Virus record (IMG/VR): IMGVR_UViG_3300033463_000032
Location: 64,411 to 128,410 of that record
Source of the DNA: a virus
Taxonomy: Duplodnaviria > Caudoviricetes
Strand: one strand, 5' to 3'
DNA: 64,000 nucleotides
The notes beneath the pieces are model-generated. The model ran no database searches. It saw only the letters and a program-made list of their open reading frames with translations, and was not told the DNA's origin. A program made the position numbers and the translations under genes. Positions 59,879 through 64,000 of the stretch are shown here, one piece after another (positions within the stretch are counted from its first letter, which is position 1; every line of letters begins with the position of its first letter).

Positions 59879-60354
59879 ATGCAGAGTGGTGTAGGTGGAA
59901 GAATTGATTTTGTTTATGATAAAGAAACTGATAAAGTAAAAGTAGATTATTTTGGTTTACCTAAGAATTTAGTTCCTGATACTTATTATGATACTGGTAC
60001 TTGGAGATCTTCTGAAATATCTGTAAAGAGTGCTAAGAAGATGATAGAAGGTTTGTTAGGCATTTCAAACACTAGCACTTGGAAGAAGTGTACTGGTCCT
60101 TTAGGTTGGGTAAGTTGGAGATGTTCTAATTGTAATGCACCAGTAGAATGTAGATCTGATTATTGTCCGGAATGTGGAAGAGAGATGGAAAGAGAATGAA
60201 AGATTGTAAGAACTGTAAGTATGCTGAAATAATAGGTGTTGGCCATTTAGATCTTGATATCCCTAATTGCACTTTAAATATTTCTGAATGGCTTAAGTGT
60301 AGGAATAATGATTATGATCATTATGTAGAAAGAGAAGAAGATACAGAAGGATAA
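59879..60354 (+). CDS. Two Zn-ribbon ORFs (59879-60199, ~60196-60354)
   Basis: CSNC..CPECG; CKNC. Confidence 0.6.
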
Positions 60355-60364
60355 GGAAATAGTT

Positions 60365-60601
60365 ATGACACATAAATTAAAGATACTCCCGGAATATTTT
60401 CAACCAGTGTTAGATGGTACTAAAACATTTGAACTTAGAAGAAATGATCGTGGATTCCAGATAGGTGATGCTGTTATTCTTAAAGAATGGGATGTTTCAG
60501 GATATACCGGTAGAGAACTTACTAAGACCATCCAATATATTTATATTGGTAATGATATGTATGGTCTTAGAACTGGTTATTGTATCTTAGGTTTAAAGTG
60601 A
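60365..60601 (+). CDS. DUF3850 / ASCH-like protein
   Basis: HKLKILPEYF..V..G.KTFELR.NDR.FQ.GD...L.EW. Confidence 0.88.
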   Translation: MTHKLKILPEYFQPVLDGTKTFELRRNDRGFQIGDAVILKEWDVSGYTGRELTKTIQYIYIGNDMYGLRTGYCILGLK

Positions 60602-60611
60602 GAGGTATAAA

Positions 60612-61208
60612 ATGAGTTTATCTGGTGGGAAATTGGCTGGTGGTAATCCTAAAGATGGTAGAGTGGAAAATGATTTCTATGCTACTAATCCTAAAGCAGT
60701 AACTATGTTATTAGATGCTATAGGTGAGTTTGAGAATTTGGATATTTTAGAGCCATGTGTAGGGGGGGGACACATAGCTAAAACCATAGAAGATTTAAAT
60801 AAAGGAAATAAGATAGACTGTATTGATCTTGTTGATCGAGGTTATCCTAATACTAAAGTAGCAGATTTCTTGACTACACCTATTGATAAACTCTATGATG
60901 TTGTTATTACAAATCCACCTTTTAGTTTAGCTCAAGAGTTTATAGAAAAGAGCATAAGTATAGTAAAACCCTCTGGAATTGTATGTATGTTTTTGAAGAT
61001 ACAATTTCTGGAAGGTGTTAAGAGAAAGAAGTTTTTTGAGACATATCCACCTAAGTATATTTATGTGTTTCGTCAAAGAATGGCCACTTGGAGTAATGGT
61101 GATGAATTAGATCCAGATGGTAAAAGGTGGGCAACAACTATGTGTCATGCATGGTATATTTGGGAAAAAGATTTTAAAGGAGAACCAATAGTAAGATGGC
61201 TAGATTAG
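60612..61208 (+). CDS. Amino (N6-adenine/N4-cytosine) DNA methyltransferase
   Basis: DFYAT, ILEPCVGGG (SAM-binding), VITNPPF. Confidence 0.88.
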   Translation: MSLSGGKLAGGNPKDGRVENDFYATNPKAVTMLLDAIGEFENLDILEPCVGGGHIAKTIEDLNKGNKIDCIDLVDRGYPNTKVADFLTTPIDKLYDVVITNPPFSLAQEFIEKSISIVKPSGIVCMFLKIQFLEGVKRKKFFETYPPKYIYVFRQRMATWSNGDELDPDGKRWATTMCHAWYIWEKDFKGEPIVRWLD

Positions 61209-61401
61209 ATAAAGTGATTACTATCAAAGAAGTAGAAAAGGAATGGAAAGAAAAAGAAATATCTAAGACTAAGGGTATGTATTTTGGTCAGTATGTTAAA
61301 TACTTGCAAAGTCAAGGATATACGATCATTTATACTAAGATGGCAAATTCTGATTGATTTATTTACTATGTTAAATGATGAACTTAATGAGGAGATTTCT
61401 A

Positions 61402-62160
61402 ATGAGTGATAAAAGACCACTTGTAGTGTTAGAATTATTTGCTGGAACTAGATCTATAGGAAAAGCATTTGAAGCTAAAGGACATAAGGTATATTCAGTA
61501 GACTGGGATAAATCATTTACTGATATAGATCTTTATGCCGATATCGGAAAACTTACTATAGATGATATAAATAATCTTGTTGAAGGACAACATATAGATG
61601 TGGTATGGCTTTCCCCAGATTGCACTTCTTACAGTTTGGCTGCTATTGGAAAACATAGAAAGAAAAATCCTACTACTGGTAATTTAGATCCTCAAACAGA
61701 ATATGCTAAGTTTTGTGATAATGTAAATGCTCATTGTATTGATTTGTTAAAAGAAATAAATCCATCTTTGTATTTTATAGAAAATCCTAGAGGTGGGTTT
61801 AGGAAAATGACATTTATGCAAGGACTTCCTAGATATACAGTTACCTATTGCAAATACACAACAGATCTTCCTTTAGAACAAAGAAGAATGAAACCTACTG
61901 ATATTTGGACCAATCATCCTGATCCTAAGTTTATTCCACCTTGCACCTATGGTGATCCATGCCATGTGGCTGCACCTAGAGGTTCAAAGACTGGTACACA
62001 AGGTCTTAAAGATTGGAAAGAAAGAAGTAAGATTCCAGAAGCTTTGTGTAAGCATGTAGTGGATATTAGTGAAGAATATATTTATAACAATGATAAAGAG
62101 GATAAGCCATTGATATCTAATAGAGAACAATTAGATTTATTCACTATGTTAGAGGATTAG
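61402..62160 (+). CDS. Short C5-cytosine methyltransferase-like protein
   Basis: VLELFAGT (I), SVD (II), DI (III), WLSPDCT (IV), IENP (VI), KPTD.W; GAGGAG RBS. Confidence 0.8.
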   Translation: MSDKRPLVVLELFAGTRSIGKAFEAKGHKVYSVDWDKSFTDIDLYADIGKLTIDDINNLVEGQHIDVVWLSPDCTSYSLAAIGKHRKKNPTTGNLDPQTEYAKFCDNVNAHCIDLLKEINPSLYFIENPRGGFRKMTFMQGLPRYTVTYCKYTTDLPLEQRRMKPTDIWTNHPDPKFIPPCTYGDPCHVAAPRGSKTGTQGLKDWKERSKIPEALCKHVVDISEEYIYNNDKEDKPLISNREQLDLFTMLED

Positions 62161-62163
62161 TTT

Positions 62164-62499
62164 ATGTGGGATTATAAAGAAGAACTAACAGTACTTACCG
62201 GACTGGATAAAAAAGTTCTGGATTCTTATATGAAGATATATCCTGCTTTAATACTTCACAAGGCTGCTGAAATTTCTTTAGATTATAATGGTAAGACTAA
62301 AGATGTGAAGTTGGAAATTCCGGGAGTAGGATATATAATATATAGGATGGGTAAGAACTCTTATGAGTTCTTACCTGCTTATGGTTTTACTAAAAAACTA
62401 AAGAAAGCATTAAAAGAAGGTAAATCACCTTTAACAGAACTTACAGAACAAGAATTAGTTAAGATGATAAATTCTAAATATAAGGGAATATTCGATTAA
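62164..62499 (+). CDS. HU/IHF-like DNA-binding protein (tentative)
   Basis: Helical N-terminus, LEIPGVG.I, F.P...F.KKLK. Confidence 0.4.
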   Translation: MWDYKEELTVLTGLDKKVLDSYMKIYPALILHKAAEISLDYNGKTKDVKLEIPGVGYIIYRMGKNSYEFLPAYGFTKKLKKALKEGKSPLTELTEQELVKMINSKYKGIFD

Positions 62500-63011
62500 T
62501 GAGCAGAAGAAAAAGAAAAGTAGAACCAATAAACAATGAGGTTGCTGTGGTACAACCTACTACTAATACTTTAATAGAACCATTATCTCAAGAACTGGTA
62601 GATTCTACTAAGGACTTGATAAGAGTTCATTTAGTTCTTCAAGCTAAGAGAGAGCTTGAGAGAGTTATTGAACTTACGGAAACCTTAGATGTGATCCAGA
62701 GAAAGTACCAGGAAAAGGTAATTCAATATATTCAGGATCATGATGATGAATCTGCTATTTCATATTTGCCTCAAATGATGGATAATATAAGTAAGTGTTT
62801 GGAAAGATCTTATAGTATTATTAATCAAGTGGTTGGTAATGATAAGATAATGAATTATCAGATAACTCAAAACAATATGAACATATCCGGAAAGAATTCT
62901 GCTTTTGAAGGAGATCTTGCTGATCCTCAATCCAGAGAAAAGATAAGATATGTTATGAGAGAAATCTTGGGTGATATTGATAATTTAGTTGTTGATGATC
63001 AAAAAGATTGA
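62499..63011 (+). CDS. Coiled-coil protein, possible terminase small subunit
   Basis: Helical; QNNMNI tail; precedes a late/virion gene. Confidence 0.3.
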   Translation: MSRRKRKVEPINNEVAVVQPTTNTLIEPLSQELVDSTKDLIRVHLVLQAKRELERVIELTETLDVIQRKYQEKVIQYIQDHDDESAISYLPQMMDNISKCLERSYSIINQVVGNDKIMNYQITQNNMNISGKNSAFEGDLADPQSREKIRYVMREILGDIDNLVVDDQKD

Positions 63012-63044
63012 GAGCAGTGTGATCTTATAAAGTAATCAAACAAA

Positions 63045-63080
63045 TAACCTAGTAGAGTGATGCTACTAGGTTACAATTTT
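63045..63080 (+). terminator. Hairpin / possible terminator
   Basis: TAACCTAGTAG-agtgatg-CTACTAGGTTA-caatttt. Confidence 0.55.
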
Positions 63081-63102
63081 AAGTAGGGAGAGTACTTGAG
63101 TT

Positions 63103-64000
63103 ATGTCTATAACAAAACTTACAGCATATGATTTAATCTGTACTAAAATATCAAATGGTAATTATTATGTTACTTCTGATACTAAACAAGTCTTTTATGA
63201 TTCTAATGGTATCAGAAATCCAATTGCCGTAATGATGGTGTCCACAGAATATGAAAGAGTTAATAATGTAGCTCCTAGAAATGGTACTAAGTATTATATC
63301 TGGGAAACTAACAGTTTGTGGACTTATAATAACAAGTGGATATTGTTAGAAGGTAACTATGCACCTAATCCTAGTGGATATGTATATACTAATAATCTTC
63401 CTACACCTACCGGAGATCCTAATGAAGTTCAAGATAATAATGGATTACTTAGAGATGGTTCTGTAGTTGTTAGGGATAATAATAGAATTATTAAAGGTAA
63501 GCTTTATATTTCTAAAGGGGATGCTGTTAAAAAATATGTACTTCTTGAAGAAGAACCAGCAGATTGGTCCACCAATTATGAAGATTATTTTATCTTTGTA
63601 GATGGTGAATATATTGCTAATGATGATCCTACTTGGGCAACAGACACTTTCTATAAGCAGCAAGTAGTAGTTGATAGTGTAAATGATCTCATTATAGCAT
63701 CATTTCTTGGTGGTGGCATAAAACTTCTTCCATCCGGATCTGCTGACAGTACTGGTGCATTACAGATCTTTTCTGCTAATTCTTATACTGGCCAATTTGA
63801 TGGTTCCGGGAATCCAATAGTAACTGGTAATACTGGTGAACTTGTATTCTATGGTGATATGTATGTAACAGATGGTACGAATAGATTTAAGATTCTTACT
63901 TCTAGAGATGGTTATACTTATGTTGCCGGAGAAGGAATTGTATTAGGCAATACTGATATTTATATCCTTCTTCTTGAAGAACCTGCTGACTGGTCTACAA
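63103..64000 (+). CDS. Virion structural protein (runs off window) with EPADW repeats
   Basis: Open frame MSITKLTAYDL... to the window end; two LL.EEPADWST repeats; GGGAG RBS. Confidence 0.75.
   Translation, partial: MSITKLTAYDLICTKISNGNYYVTSDTKQVFYDSNGIRNPIAVMMVSTEYERVNNVAPRNGTKYYIWETNSLWTYNNKWILLEGNYAPNPSGYVYTNNLPTPTGDPNEVQDNNGLLRDGSVVVRDNNRIIKGKLYISKGDAVKKYVLLEEEPADWSTNYEDYFIFVDGEYIANDDPTWATDTFYKQQVVVDSVNDLIIASFLGGGIKLLPSGSADSTGALQIFSANSYTGQFDGSGNPIVTGNTGELVFYGDMYVTDGTNRFKILTSRDGYTYVAGEGIVLGNTDIYILLLEEPADWST

Noticed and set aside
1431-63663. Antisense and shadow ORFs in the track (e.g. 1431-1628, 3859-4110, 17194-17571, 33466-33873, 37284-37667, 40045-40470, 56135-56464, 63445-63663)
   Set aside because: They lie opposite or within well-supported genes, lack RBS, and have the I/F/L/S-rich composition typical of antisense frames
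1-64000. CRISPR array, tRNA or rRNA genes, integrase or transposase
   Set aside because: None recognised by eye; a tRNAscan/Infernal run is still advisable

Overview
A 64-kb segment of a large, AT-rich myovirus-type phage genome, probably infecting a Firmicutes (Clostridia-like) host. The host is inferred from AGGAGG ribosome-binding sites (RBS) and cell-wall hydrolase domains. Layout: (1) 1-13.4 kb, + strand contractile-tail baseplate and fibre module ending in a bidirectional terminator; (2) 13.5-29 kb, - strand small accessory genes plus SbcC/SbcD; (3) a hairpin-rich AT-rich divergence region at 29.05-29.45 kb; (4) 29.5-63 kb, + strand sigma-like factor, an elaborate C5 DNA methyltransferase (MTase) locus, replication/recombination genes (5' exonuclease, DnaB helicase, primase, SSB, RecA, RusA, intein-containing family A polymerase), many modular small ORFs, a vWA/PurA-like cluster and two more MTases; (5) the start of another virion gene. 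Best leads: the C5 MTase is encoded in four pieces, with an 8-nt stop-containing gap in its catalytic motif that resembles a translational bypass; a candidate ~65-nt sRNA from a middle-type promoter is complementary to a CAAGUUA box in the leaders of early-type genes; two recurring promoter classes; and CCGG enrichment on a CpG-poor background. All family assignments come from motif recognition by eye, not database searches.
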